DNA of 64,000 nucleotides from an uncultured Chloroflexia bacterium (lineage in GTDB: Bacteria; Chloroflexota; Limnocylindria; Limnocylindrales; CSP1-4), in the NCBI GenBank assembly GCA_963713975.1, contig OY970218.1, positions 544,001 to 608,000 on the forward strand, written 5' to 3'. This document shows, piece after piece, positions 9,515 through 19,525 of the stretch. The stretch's first letter is position 1, and every line of letters starts with the position of its first letter. The notes beneath the pieces are model-generated. The model ran no database searches. It was not told where the DNA came from and was given only the letters and a program-made list of their open reading frames with translations. The translations under genes were made by a program, and so were the position numbers.

Positions 9515-10315
9515 GTGATGCATTCGTGGATTCGGCCGGGCCGCCCGGTGACCGTGGCACATCGGGGTCACAGCGTGCAGTTCCCCGAAAACACCATGCC
9601 ATCGTTCCGGGCTGCGATAGAGCGCGGTGCCGAGATGATCGAGACCGACGCGCAGCTCAGCCGCGATGGCCAACTGGTCATCATGCATGACAACACGATC
9701 GACAGGACGACGAACGGTCACGGGCGGGCTGTCGACTTGACCTGGGACGAACTGTCCCGACTCGACGCCGGAAGCTGGTACGGGCCCGAGTTCACGGGCC
9801 TACGGATTCCGCGGGTCACTGAGGTCATCGAGCTTGCCCGATCGAGCAGCATCGGCCTCTGTCTCGAGGCCAAGGTGGCCACTACCGCCGAGGCAACAAC
9901 GATTGCGGTCGCCCTCGCGAACCTGATCGTCGCCAGCGACGCGACATCGTGGGCGTTCGTGTCCGGTTTCGACCACGCCTCCATGATGGCGGCTCGGGCC
10001 GTCAATCCGTCACTCTTGCTGGCCCCTGAGCGCTGGCCGGAGCATGGTCCCCAGGATCCCAAGGAGACGTTGCGTCAGGCGCTGGCACTCGGTGCGCCCG
10101 TCCTCCAGCACCGCTGGGAATTGATCACGCCAATTCTGGTCGATACCCTCCACGAGGCCGGGGTCGGCATCTGGGCATGGACGACCAACGACATCGGCGG
10201 TGTTCAGGTCTCGGTGGCGCTCGGAGTGGATGGAATCATGGGTGACGACGTAGACGTGCTCAACACTGGACGATCCACGGCGCAGCCGTGGATCCGTCCC
10301 GAGGTCGAGCGGTGA
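9515..10315 (+). CDS. Glycerophosphodiester phosphodiesterase (GDPD, UgpQ-like, cytoplasmic)
   Basis: AHRG, PENT, IETD, MHD.TIDRTT and GVDGIMGD motifs. No signal peptide. Confidence 0.93.
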   Translation: MMHSWIRPGRPVTVAHRGHSVQFPENTMPSFRAAIERGAEMIETDAQLSRDGQLVIMHDNTIDRTTNGHGRAVDLTWDELSRLDAGSWYGPEFTGLRIPRVTEVIELARSSSIGLCLEAKVATTAEATTIAVALANLIVASDATSWAFVSGFDHASMMAARAVNPSLLLAPERWPEHGPQDPKETLRQALALGAPVLQHRWELITPILVDTLHEAGVGIWAWTTNDIGGVQVSVALGVDGIMGDDVDVLNTGRSTAQPWIRPEVER

Positions 10316-10343
10316 GGGCCGGAGTCACTGAGGTGGGTACGCG

Positions 10344-11399
10344 ATGGCCGTCCTAGAGATCGTCGGCCTCGTCAAGAGGTACGAGGGGCAACTCGCGGTC
10401 GATCACCTGAACCTCAGCGTGAAACAAGGCGAGTTCGTGACCCTGCTGGGCCCATCCGGGTGCGGCAAGACCACGACGCTCCGGGCGATCGCCGGACTCG
10501 TTGACATTGACGGCGGCGAGATCCGCTTCGATGGACGCCTCATGAATGACGTCCCACCCCACAAGCGATCCACGGCAATGGTGTTCCAGTCATACGCGCT
10601 CTTCCCACATATGACGATTGCAGAGAACATCTCGTTCGGGCTGCGGATGCGCAAGGTGCCCAACCCGGAACGGCAGACGCGGGTGGCCGATGCCATGGCG
10701 ATGGTCGGGCTGGAAGGCCTCGCCGGCCGCAAGCCGACAGAGCTGTCGGGGGGCCAGCAGCAGCGCGTCGCCCTCGCCCGCGCCATCGTGACGCGACCCG
10801 ACATCCTCCTCTTCGACGAGCCGCTGTCCAACCTTGACGCGAAGTTGCGCGAGCGGCTCCGCATCGAGATCCGGGAACTGCAACGGAGTCTCGGCATCAC
10901 CACGATCTACGTCACGCATGACCAGGCTGAGGCGCTCGTCATGTCGGACCGGATCGTGGTCATGAACAAGGGGCGCATCGACCAGATGGGCAACCCGCTC
11001 GAGGTCTATCGCCATCCGGCCACGCCGTTCACCGCGGAGTTCATCGGCCAGGCGAACGTGCTTGCTGCCACGATCGACTCGCAGGAGCCGGACGGAACGA
11101 GGTGCACGTGCTCGGTCGGGACCCTGCTCTCCAGCGCACGACCAGAGCCCGGCGAGCGGGACGTCCGCCTCGCCTGGAGGCCGGAGGACGTGGTCCCGTT
11201 CCGCGACGGGGACCCCAACCGCATCGCGGCGACAGTCACCAGCGTCATCTACATGGGAAATCTGACCGTGGTCGTGGTCAGCGTTGACGGGACGGCCCTG
11301 CGGGTTGAGCGACCGGGTTCCGTGGACTGGGCCGTCGGCGACGAGATCGCCCTGTCCGTGGCGCCCGACAAGATCGAGATCCTCCGTGACCTCGGCTGA
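10344..11399 (+). CDS. ABC transporter ATP-binding protein (PotA/FbpC-like, TOBE)
   Basis: Walker A GPSGCGKT, signature LSGGQQQR, and LLFDEPLSNLDAKLR. Confidence 0.95.
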   Translation: MAVLEIVGLVKRYEGQLAVDHLNLSVKQGEFVTLLGPSGCGKTTTLRAIAGLVDIDGGEIRFDGRLMNDVPPHKRSTAMVFQSYALFPHMTIAENISFGLRMRKVPNPERQTRVADAMAMVGLEGLAGRKPTELSGGQQQRVALARAIVTRPDILLFDEPLSNLDAKLRERLRIEIRELQRSLGITTIYVTHDQAEALVMSDRIVVMNKGRIDQMGNPLEVYRHPATPFTAEFIGQANVLAATIDSQEPDGTRCTCSVGTLLSSARPEPGERDVRLAWRPEDVVPFRDGDPNRIAATVTSVIYMGNLTVVVVSVDGTALRVERPGSVDWAVGDEIALSVAPDKIEILRDLG

Positions 11400-11419
11400 G
11401 GCAGTCGAATGGCTGAACC

Positions 11420-12277
11420 GTGAACCCGCGTAGCCATCGCCTGCTAATCATCGCCCTGATGCTTCCGGCCGTCGGGTTCGTGGCGCTGTTCCTGGTCGCC
11501 GTCATGATCATGACCGTGATGCAGAGCTTCGGCTTCTTCAGCTTCACGGGCTCCGAGGACATCGGCTTCGCGAGCTGGTCCGCGGTGCTTGCCGACGAGA
11601 CCACCTGGGACGCGCTCTTCTACTCGGCGAAGATCGCGCTCGTCAGCGCCTTCGCCTCGCTCCTCGTCGCCTACCCGATCGCGCTCTACATGCGGCGCTT
11701 GTTCGTTGGCAAGGGAATGCTGAACTCACTGATCCGGGTGCCGCTGTTCGTGCCCGCTCTGGTCGCGGCGTTCCTAATCCTCAACGTCGCGTCCTATCAC
11801 GGGATCCTTAACGAGGTGCTGGTGCGGCTCGGCGTCATCTCCGAGCCCCTGCGGCTCACCCACGATGACTGGGGCCTCGGCGTCGTCGGGATCCAGGTCT
11901 GGAAGAACGTGCCCTTCCTCGCACTCATCCTGACCGCTGTCCTGGCGAACATCCCGGCGGACCTTGAAGCCGCTGCCCAGAACCTCGGGGCCGGCCCGTG
12001 GCAGCGGTTCCTCCACGTCCTGCTGCCCCTCTCGATCACAGGCGTCCAGATCGGTGTCACGCTCGTCTTCATCGGCGTGTTCGGCGACTACGCGATCAAC
12101 TCGATCGCCGGTCCGCTGTACCCGCCGTCGATGTCGATCCGGATGTTCACGGTCGGCCAGAAGTTCGGCGAGTGGGGTCAGGCCGCCGGCCTTGGGATCA
12201 TGCTCATGGTCGGACTGTTGATCGCTGCATGGGGCTTCTCGATGCTGGCCAAACTGACAGTGAAGGTGACGCGATGA
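11420..12277 (+). CDS. ABC transporter permease (PotB-like)
   Basis: Multiple TM helices and the EAA loop LEAAAQNLGA. Confidence 0.92.
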   Translation: MNPRSHRLLIIALMLPAVGFVALFLVAVMIMTVMQSFGFFSFTGSEDIGFASWSAVLADETTWDALFYSAKIALVSAFASLLVAYPIALYMRRLFVGKGMLNSLIRVPLFVPALVAAFLILNVASYHGILNEVLVRLGVISEPLRLTHDDWGLGVVGIQVWKNVPFLALILTAVLANIPADLEAAAQNLGAGPWQRFLHVLLPLSITGVQIGVTLVFIGVFGDYAINSIAGPLYPPSMSIRMFTVGQKFGEWGQAAGLGIMLMVGLLIAAWGFSMLAKLTVKVTR

Positions 12278-13140
12278 CGTCTCAGGTCCCGATGCGGCGG
12301 CCCCTCGCGGAGCGACTCGGCGGGATCGCGCGCACGCATGCCGTGCCGACTGTCCTGATCATCATCGCGCTCGTCCTTGTCGGCGTGCCGATCCTGATGG
12401 CCGTCGCCTGGTCGCTCGTGGACCCCAATACCGGGTGGTCATATCCCGACCTGCTGCCACCGTCGATCTCGCTGTACCAGTGGGACTACGTGTTCCGCTA
12501 CACCGAGATCGTGCCGGCCATCATCACGAGCTACGCCCTCGCCGCGGTCACGACCGTCCTCTGCTTCATCCTCTCATTGCCCATGGCGTATGCCATGGGC
12601 CGCTGGCAGTTCCGAGGCAAGGAGGCGGTCCGGCTCCTGATCCTGCTGCCGCTGGTGATCCCGGGCATGGTCGTGGCCCTGTTCCTGAGCCGCGTGTTCA
12701 TCGTCCTCGGGCTCGGCCAGACCTTCCACGGCCTCGCGATCGCCCATACCCTCCTGGCGATCCCGTTCATGGCACGCCTCCTGTCGACGAGCTTTGAGGC
12801 CATCCCCAAGAACGTGTCCGATGCCGCGAGCAACCTCGGCGCCTCGGAGTGGGCCAAGCTCCGATGGATCTACCTTCCGCTCGTGCGACCGGGGATCTTT
12901 GCCGGCGCCATCTTCTGCTTCATCGCCAGTCTGGAAGAGTTCTCGTTGACATACGTCATCGGGACACCCGACTACCAGACGATTCCGACAATCCTGTTCT
13001 CGTTCCTGGGTCTGCGGTTCGTACGCACGCAGGCCTCAGTCGTCTCCCTCGTGCTGCTGATCCCCAGTCTCGTCCTGCTGTACCTCGCTGACCGGTATCT
13101 GCAGCGCGACTACCTGTCCGCAGGCTTCAGCAAGCTCTGA
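12274..13140 (+). CDS. ABC transporter permease (PotC-like)
   Basis: ATGA overlap with the previous gene, EAA loop VSDAASNLGAS, TM helices. Confidence 0.92.
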   Translation: MTSQVPMRRPLAERLGGIARTHAVPTVLIIIALVLVGVPILMAVAWSLVDPNTGWSYPDLLPPSISLYQWDYVFRYTEIVPAIITSYALAAVTTVLCFILSLPMAYAMGRWQFRGKEAVRLLILLPLVIPGMVVALFLSRVFIVLGLGQTFHGLAIAHTLLAIPFMARLLSTSFEAIPKNVSDAASNLGASEWAKLRWIYLPLVRPGIFAGAIFCFIASLEEFSLTYVIGTPDYQTIPTILFSFLGLRFVRTQASVVSLVLLIPSLVLLYLADRYLQRDYLSAGFSKL

Positions 13141-13249
13141 CGCGGCCTCCGGGAACCGCCGCCTGTCTTCCCCTCGGCCAGCTCCGCGCGACGAACCGTG
13201 GGACTGCCCTGCCCATCGCGCTTGACACCCCGCACAGTCGCTGGACTTC

Positions 13250-14070
13250 GCCGGCCGGCGGCTTCCGCAATCGCCGGAGAGGTGCTGATCCCGGTCGAGT
13301 GAGGACCAGCGACGATTGGGACCCGGTACCAGCGAGACACACGCTGGAGGACCGTGTCGCGCAAGGCAGGTCGGTCGTCTGGTCCGACTTGTCGATCTGG
13401 GCAATGGCAGTCAGCCCCGGGACAACGCCCCAAACACGATCGGTGCCACCGGCATTTCTCTTACCCATCGAGTTCGTGATCGGCAGCACCATGCGATCGA
13501 GCCAGAACGGTTCCTCGATGATGAGGATCCTGCAGCCCAGCACAGTTCCCAACTTGGTCGGCGATGACAGCCGTCCCGTCCGACAGGGTCACCAACCAGG
13601 GCGCCGCCTTGCTGGATCGCGAGGCCCACGACCCCGACGGGGCAATCGAGGATCAACTTTGGTACCGGACTCGTTCTCCCGTTCGGCGGAGGCACGCGCC
13701 AGCCAGAAGGGATCCAGGATCGAGTCGTCAGGGACGGGCATCGCTCCGGCCAGCGAGTCCGACAGGTACGGCGCAACGTCCAGCAGTTGGGCGCCCGCGA
13801 CGATCTCCATGGAGACGCCGAGGACCGACGCTCGCTCCCGAGCCTCCAGCCGCAGCCATTCGAAGTCCGCGGCGTTGGTCTCCAGCATTGCTATCGCGGA
13901 ACTTGGCCTTGCTGGCGTCTTCGCCGATGTCATGGCCACACCCGAATCAGAGCGGGGCGAAGCCGAAACGAGCAAGGTCCCAGGTGACGGCACAGTCAAC
14001 CGCTCGGCCGTCGACGACGAGTGCTGCGACCGCGACCCGCGGAAGCAGACGATCGCCCAAGCGACACGAC
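13250..14070 (-). pseudogene. Heavily decayed FAD-dependent oxidoreductase (GlpA/LhgO-like)
   Basis: Fragments lie in several frames with stops: VAVAALVVDGRAVDCAVTWDLARFG...HDIGEDASKA (degenerate FAD-binding N-terminus, cf. GTSKAN); VAPYLSDSLAGAMPVPDDSILDPFWLARASAE; VLPITNSMGK...LTAIAQIDKSDQTTD. Boundaries are approximate. Confidence 0.75.
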
Positions 14071-14145
14071 TCCATCAGTCGTCGACCAGGCTTTGCCCGC
14101 AGACCGTCACCCTGACGGCTGACACCCCATGGCCATCCGGACAGC

Positions 14146-14189
14146 GCGCCGGGACGGTGAGCCGCCTTGCGTGCTCACCGTCCCGGCGC
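14146..14189 (-). terminator. 17-bp perfect stem-loop downstream of the binding-protein gene (terminator or mRNA stabiliser)
   Basis: GCGCCGGGACGGTGAGC / GCTCACCGTCCCGGCGC with a 10-nt loop. Confidence 0.75.
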
Positions 14190-14203
14190 CCATTGCCAGA
14201 GCG

Positions 14204-15412
14204 CTACTTGAGGACGTTCTTGGTGTATCCCTCGGCAAACTCGGACTTGTACTGAGCAGGCATCCAGCCAGTCCCCTTGTCCCGTTCAGCCTGCGAAAGG
14301 ATCGAAGGGACGCTGGAGAGGTCCGTCCGAGCCGGAGCCAACCCGGTCGTCTCGTTCATCATCGTCTGGATCTCGGGGCTGGTGAGGAAGTCGAGGAACA
14401 GGAGGGCGGCAGCCTTGTTCGATGCGTTCTTGAGCACCCCGGCCGTGTCGCCTCCGCCCGCAAGCCCGAACTGGGGGATGTACATCTTTGAACTCGCCGG
14501 CACCGTGCCGTTGGCGATGCCCGCGGTTGAGTCGTCATCCCAGGCCGAGACCATGGATGCAGCGCCCTGATTGAGCAGATCCAGATCCTCGGCATTCGAG
14601 AGGGTGACGTTCATATACTGGTTGTTGTCCTTGAGCCAGTTGTAGGCGACGTCCCAGTTGGCGATCTTGGCTGGATCGACTGTTGTGTCGCCTGCGTACT
14701 TGTCGAGTCCGCCGGTCAGGTTCGCAATCACAGACTGAACGAATGCCTGGCCTGCGCCGCCGTTGTTCGGATTGGGGTAGGCAAAGCCCTTCGGGTTTGC
14801 CTTGATCCAAGCGGCGAATTCGTCCCACGTCTGCGGCGGGTCTGCCACGACGTTGGGGTCGTACAGGAAGCCGACCTGGTTCCGGTAGATCGGGACAAGG
14901 TATCCGCCAGTATCCACGCCTTCTTGGACGGCGGCCAGCTTCGGATCGATGACAGCGTGATCCGGTAGCGACTCGTAGACCGGACGATCCCAAAGCCCGG
15001 CGTCAATGGATGTCTTGACGTCTGATCCTCCGATCAACTGGACGTCGATCGTACCCACTTCACGATCCTTCTCAGAGAGGATCTTGGTGATCGCGTTGTC
15101 ACCGATGAGGACCCGAGCCGGCACGCCGTACTTCTCGGTGAACATCTTGGCGACCTGCTTCCAGAAGCTCTCGCCCCACCAGGCGCCAAAGACGATGTCG
15201 CTACCTGCCTTGGCGGCCTCAACGAGTTCATCGTGGGTCATTGACGTGTAGTCGACTGCGGCGCTCGGAGCCGAGGTGGGATCAGCGCTCGACGCTGAGG
15301 TGGGAGCAGCGCTCGGCGCAGTCGATTCCGGAGCGACCGTCGAGCTCCCGCATGCGGCAAGCGACATCACCACCGCTACGGCAACCACGCCGGCCTTCAA
15401 TCTCATCTGCAT
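14204..15412 (-). CDS. ABC substrate-binding lipoprotein (PotD/YnjB-like)
   Basis: Lipobox SLAAC, Ser/Ala/Pro linker, PPQTWDEFAAWIKANPKGFAYP and AALLFLDFLTSPEIQ. GAGGA RBS before ATG 15412. Confidence 0.9.
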   Translation of the reverse strand: MQMRLKAGVVAVAVVMSLAACGSSTVAPESTAPSAAPTSASSADPTSAPSAAVDYTSMTHDELVEAAKAGSDIVFGAWWGESFWKQVAKMFTEKYGVPARVLIGDNAITKILSEKDREVGTIDVQLIGGSDVKTSIDAGLWDRPVYESLPDHAVIDPKLAAVQEGVDTGGYLVPIYRNQVGFLYDPNVVADPPQTWDEFAAWIKANPKGFAYPNPNNGGAGQAFVQSVIANLTGGLDKYAGDTTVDPAKIANWDVAYNWLKDNNQYMNVTLSNAEDLDLLNQGAASMVSAWDDDSTAGIANGTVPASSKMYIPQFGLAGGGDTAGVLKNASNKAAALLFLDFLTSPEIQTMMNETTGLAPARTDLSSVPSILSQAERDKGTGWMPAQYKSEFAEGYTKNVLK

Positions 15413-15790
15413 GTCTTCCTCTACAGCACTAGTGTGACTCGTGTGACCTTGTGACCTGGACCGGTTCCCGCACGTCACAAGCCGAAGTACGTCTGGCGGC
15501 AGTGGGGTCGTGGGCCCAGTCCTCAGAACCGACGACGGCCCCGTTCCCCTGCATGGTTCCCTGGATCAGGAGAGGGACTCAACCCGTGAGCCGGGCTCAC
15601 GGCAGCACTAGTCAGAGATCGACAGCGCTGAACTGCGGACGCGACGAGAAACTACGCCCGATGTGATGAGTGTCTACGGTCCCGTGGGGTGACTACACGC
15701 GGACTCAGTTTCCGAGCCCGCTGGCGGTGCTCAATTGCCAAGATCCAACTTCACACCTCGAATCCAGCGGGTTCACAGCAAGGGAGCCAG

Positions 15791-15832
15791 TAGCATTGCT
15801 GCATCCAATACTGATACCTAGCAGCAATGCTA
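15791..15832. promoter_or_regulatory. Candidate operator copy 2: TAGCATTGCTGC-N18-GCAGCAATGCTA (core N22 spacing)
   Basis: Perfect 12-bp inverted repeat upstream of the binding-protein gene, with the same core and spacing as copy 1. Confidence 0.78.
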
Positions 15833-15874
15833 GTGGATCCTACGACTGCGCCGCGAACGCTGTCAAGGGTCCTG

Positions 15875-16115
15875 AATGCGTCACGTCCTGAACGCGTCGT
15901 TTGCGGGGGTATGGGGCCCCTCTGCGACCCAGGGAGGTGGGTGGGTTCCCCATCCGCCTGGTCCCGGCCGTTGCGCCGTGGGGTGGCAATCGGCAGGGGG
16001 AGCTCGTGGTGCTGGCGCTCCGATCGGGACCAGCCCGGCGGGTGGACCAGGCCGGTGCGCACCGATGCGCTCTGCCTGCAATTCTGAGTTCGGAGCCCGG
16101 GCTTCGACCCCCACG
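15875..16115 (+). mobile_element. Possible degenerate 3' end of an rve-type IS
   Basis: CGGGCTTCGACCCCCACG (16098-16115) matches GGGGTTTCGAACCCCACG (9261-9278) at 15 of 18 positions. The preceding frame has weak traces (RPERVV, RDQPGG) of transposase C-terminal motifs. Confidence 0.4.
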
Positions 16116-16215
16116 CAGTCCGCCCCTGGAGCGCAGCACGGCCGGGGCGAATGGTCGACACCTGCGACGGGCCGGATGGCGGCAGGAGCAGCCTGAGACG
16201 GGCTCCAGGTATGGG

Positions 16216-18543
16216 TCAATCCTCGTCCGGGTGGAATCCCCAGGCCCGGGTCCATCGCACGTAATCAGCAAGGACGAACGGCGGGCGACCGGCGAGGTAA
16301 TGGCTCCTGCCGGGTTCACCGTCGGCTGACCACTCGATCGCGAGGAACCGCTGGACGCCGGGCAGCTCAGCCACGCGACCGACCGTGACGGCTGCGTCGC
16401 CAAGCGCGGTCGCCGTGCCCGCGGCGACCTCCTCGGCCGTGTCGACGTCTCGGACCTGGAACTCGACCGTGCTCGGCGAGCGCCGGTCGTTGCAGATGAC
16501 GATGTCGTGGTGGCCCTCAACTGCCTCACGGAGTACCACGCAGACCGGTTGCTGGCTGCGCTTGATGGCCTCGAAGGCGAGCTTGCGCACGCCGTAGTAG
16601 TCGATGACCGCGTCCGAGAACTGCGGCCAGCCGTCCGCGATGTTCCACCAGATGATCCCAGTGCGCCGCCACTTGCCGACGCGGAACTGCTCGATGAAGA
16701 ACTTGAACGCCTCCGCTTGCGATGCCTGGCTGGCCCGCACGAAGTCCTCGAGCGAATTGGGGACGGTTCCGAACAATGAGCGGATCTGGATGGCGAGCAG
16801 CTCGACCCGGTAGTCGTGCACGTTGACGCCGGGGATCGGCGACGTCGAATGCAGCAGCCACTCCGGGTTGTCCTCGTATGGCCACAGATGCTCGGGCGTC
16901 AGGAATTGCCGCAGCGACGCAACCGCGGGCGCACCGAGGTAGCCGATCTCGCTCGCGAAGTGGGCGAGCGACTCTCGGTAGTACGCGCCCTTGAAATCAT
17001 CCCGCGGGCCCCAGAGGTGGTCCTCCGGCAAGTAGCGCTCGCCCGCCGCCGCGGCGGCCGGATCCAGGTAGGGCGAGCTGGGAATGTACGGCCGGGAAGG
17101 GTCCTCCTCACGCAGCACCCGCGGGAGAACCCGGCGTGTCAGCACGTTTTCGTTCGGGTCGCGTCCGCGTCCGGTTCGGACGTGCTTCTGATCGCACTCG
17201 TTGTCACCCGCCCACAGCGCCAGTGACGGATGCTGACGGAGGCGGCGGACAACAGCCACGGCCTCTGTCCTGAGCTCCTCGCTGAAGGCTGCATCCTGCG
17301 GATAGATGGCGCAGGCCATAGCGAAGTCCTGCCAGACGAGGATGCCGAGCTCGTCGCATCGGTCGAAGAAGGCATCCGACTCGTAGACATTGCCCCCCCA
17401 GCAGCGGATCATGTTGCAGCCGATCTCGTCCACTGCTGCCAGGACGGCCGGCATGCGCTCGGCGTCGCGGGCATGGAATGCGTCGAGAGGAACCCAATTG
17501 GTGCCCATGATGAACACCGGCTCACCGTTCACGACGAACCGGAATTCGCCGTCACCAGCCTCGCTCGTCACGCTGGTCCGTTCGAGCTCCACGGTCCGGA
17601 TCCCGTGACGGAAGGCGTAGTGGTCGATGGGCTCTTCGCTCTCGAGTAGCGTGACCTCCACGTCGTAGAGCGCTGCCTCACCGCGACCCCGCGGCCACCA
17701 CATGGCCGGGTCCGGGACGATGATTGGGATCATCGAGACATCGAACAGCAACGGCACGCGCACCTCGAACCGGGAGTCGCCGCACGCGCCGTTGATCAGG
17801 GCCACCAGTCGCCCGCCAGTCGCACCAGCCCGACACCGCAGGTGAAGCGAGAGTTGGGCGGACCCGTCGGGCCGGATCAGTTCGGTCTCCAGCCAGGCCC
17901 AGTCGATGCGCCGCCGCGGCAGAAACCGCAGGCTGACAGGCCGCCAGATCCCCCCTGACAGCGCCCTGGGCATGATGTCCCAGCCGAACATGTGCGGCGC
18001 TTTTCGGACGTAGAGCCCTTCGAACCCGCTTCCCTCGGCGACCAGGCCCGCCGGGTACTCAAGCACCTCCGACCGCGCGCGAGCCAGCACCGGGTGGATC
18101 GCGACGCAGAGCGTGTTGACCGTGCCGTACCGGAGCACCCCTTCCACGTCCACGCGCTGCTCGACCAGCATCGACCGGGACTCGTGGACCAGGGTCCCAT
18201 TGAGGTACACGGATGCGTCGCAATCGATCCCCTCGAACAGCAGCTCGGGGACAGCGCTCGGGTCCTCCGTGCGGTCGACCGTGAAGGTGGTCCCGTACGT
18301 GAGGTATCGCTCCTCCAGGGCCCGCAGCCCCACGATGTTCATGCCGCGGAACGGCTCGTCGATAAGGCCTGCCGCGAGGAGGTCCAGCTCCACGCTCCCA
18401 GGCACGGTCGCCGCGACAACCTGGTGGCCTGCGGCGAGCGCCTCGGAAGCGCTGCCGTCGCGCACGACCGGCGGCTCGTCGGACAGCGCGAGCCACCATC
18501 GTCCGCCGAGGTCGAGGGTGTGGCCGTCACGGCGGAAGCGCAT
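16216..18543 (-). CDS. Glycoside hydrolase family 2, beta-mannosidase-like
   Basis: RKAPHMFGWD, GTNWVP, IRCWGG, acid/base WAGDNE and nucleophile FASEIG. No signal peptide. Confidence 0.92.
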   Translation of the reverse strand: MRFRRDGHTLDLGGRWWLALSDEPPVVRDGSASEALAAGHQVVAATVPGSVELDLLAAGLIDEPFRGMNIVGLRALEERYLTYGTTFTVDRTEDPSAVPELLFEGIDCDASVYLNGTLVHESRSMLVEQRVDVEGVLRYGTVNTLCVAIHPVLARARSEVLEYPAGLVAEGSGFEGLYVRKAPHMFGWDIMPRALSGGIWRPVSLRFLPRRRIDWAWLETELIRPDGSAQLSLHLRCRAGATGGRLVALINGACGDSRFEVRVPLLFDVSMIPIIVPDPAMWWPRGRGEAALYDVEVTLLESEEPIDHYAFRHGIRTVELERTSVTSEAGDGEFRFVVNGEPVFIMGTNWVPLDAFHARDAERMPAVLAAVDEIGCNMIRCWGGNVYESDAFFDRCDELGILVWQDFAMACAIYPQDAAFSEELRTEAVAVVRRLRQHPSLALWAGDNECDQKHVRTGRGRDPNENVLTRRVLPRVLREEDPSRPYIPSSPYLDPAAAAAGERYLPEDHLWGPRDDFKGAYYRESLAHFASEIGYLGAPAVASLRQFLTPEHLWPYEDNPEWLLHSTSPIPGVNVHDYRVELLAIQIRSLFGTVPNSLEDFVRASQASQAEAFKFFIEQFRVGKWRRTGIIWWNIADGWPQFSDAVIDYYGVRKLAFEAIKRSQQPVCVVLREAVEGHHDIVICNDRRSPSTVEFQVRDVDTAEEVAAGTATALGDAAVTVGRVAELPGVQRFLAIEWSADGEPGRSHYLAGRPPFVLADYVRWTRAWGFHPDED

Positions 18544-18544
18544 C

Positions 18545-19522
18545 TCAGACCCCTCCCAGGGTTGCGCGGCGGAGTCCGCCGTGATGGATGGCGGCGGCCA
18601 GGGCGGCGACGTCGCCGAGCCGCTCCCCAAGCTGTGCAGGCTCGATCCGCACGCCGGGTTCGCGGGGGCATGCCTCGCGTCCGACGACGCTGACGACGGT
18701 CGGCAGGTAGAGGTCGGCGGCCCGCCAGCCCAGAGCCCCGAGGATCACGACCTCCGGATCAAGCAAGTCCACGAGTTGCGCTATGCCCCGGCCGAGCCAG
18801 GTCGCCGACCGCTCGACGACACGCAGTGCAACAGCATCCCCACCCCGCGCCAGGGTTACGAGGTCTACCGCCGAGATGGTGTCGGGCCATCGTCCCGGGA
18901 ACAGGTGCGAGGCGAGGCGCGGCAGTCCGGCGCCACTCGCGAACCCCTCCCACGAACCCGCCTTGCCGTAGGCCTTGGGTCCGCGGAAGGTCATCCGCCA
19001 GTGACCCACCTCTCCCGCTGCATCGCGCGCACCGCGCACGAGCCGACCGTCGGCAAGCACCCCGCAACCGAGGCCCGTCCCGAGCGTGAGGAAGATCGCG
19101 TCGCGGCAACCACGCGCGGCGCCGAACCACCACTCGGCCAGGAGCCCTGCCTTCGCGTCGTGCTCCACGTGCGCCTCCACGCCGTAGCGCTCGACCAGCA
19201 GCGCGCCCAGCGGGATGTGGTCCCAGCCGGGCAGGTTGGGCGGCGACAGCACGATCCCCCGAGCCTGATCGATGGGGCCGCCGATGCTCACGCCGATTGC
19301 ACACGGTGGCCCGAACCCGGCAACCAGATCGTCCGCCATCTCGGTCATCCTGACCCACATCGGCCTGAACCCCTCGGCCGCTTCAGACGCCGCCACATGC
19401 CGCTGCAGCACCGACCCGTCGACCGTGCCGGCGACCACCGCGGTCTTGGTGCCACCAATGTCAAAGCCCAGGATCCACCCTGTGCCGGGCGGTAGGGCCG
19501 GCCCGAACTTCCCGTCCCCCAC
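18545..19522 (-). CDS. ROK family sugar kinase
   Basis: GFDIGGTK, EHDAKAG, LTLGTGLGCG and AGEVGH motifs. No HTH. Confidence 0.92.
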   Translation of the reverse strand: MGDGKFGPALPPGTGWILGFDIGGTKTAVVAGTVDGSVLQRHVAASEAAEGFRPMWVRMTEMADDLVAGFGPPCAIGVSIGGPIDQARGIVLSPPNLPGWDHIPLGALLVERYGVEAHVEHDAKAGLLAEWWFGAARGCRDAIFLTLGTGLGCGVLADGRLVRGARDAAGEVGHWRMTFRGPKAYGKAGSWEGFASGAGLPRLASHLFPGRWPDTISAVDLVTLARGGDAVALRVVERSATWLGRGIAQLVDLLDPEVVILGALGWRAADLYLPTVVSVVGREACPREPGVRIEPAQLGERLGDVAALAAAIHHGGLRRATLGGV

Positions 19523-19525
19523 GAT

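Noticed and set aside
10344-15412. Calling the ABC system potABCD (polyamine uptake)
   Set aside because: The similarity is family-level only. The GDPD context argues for another ligand, and the substrate cannot be read from sequence.
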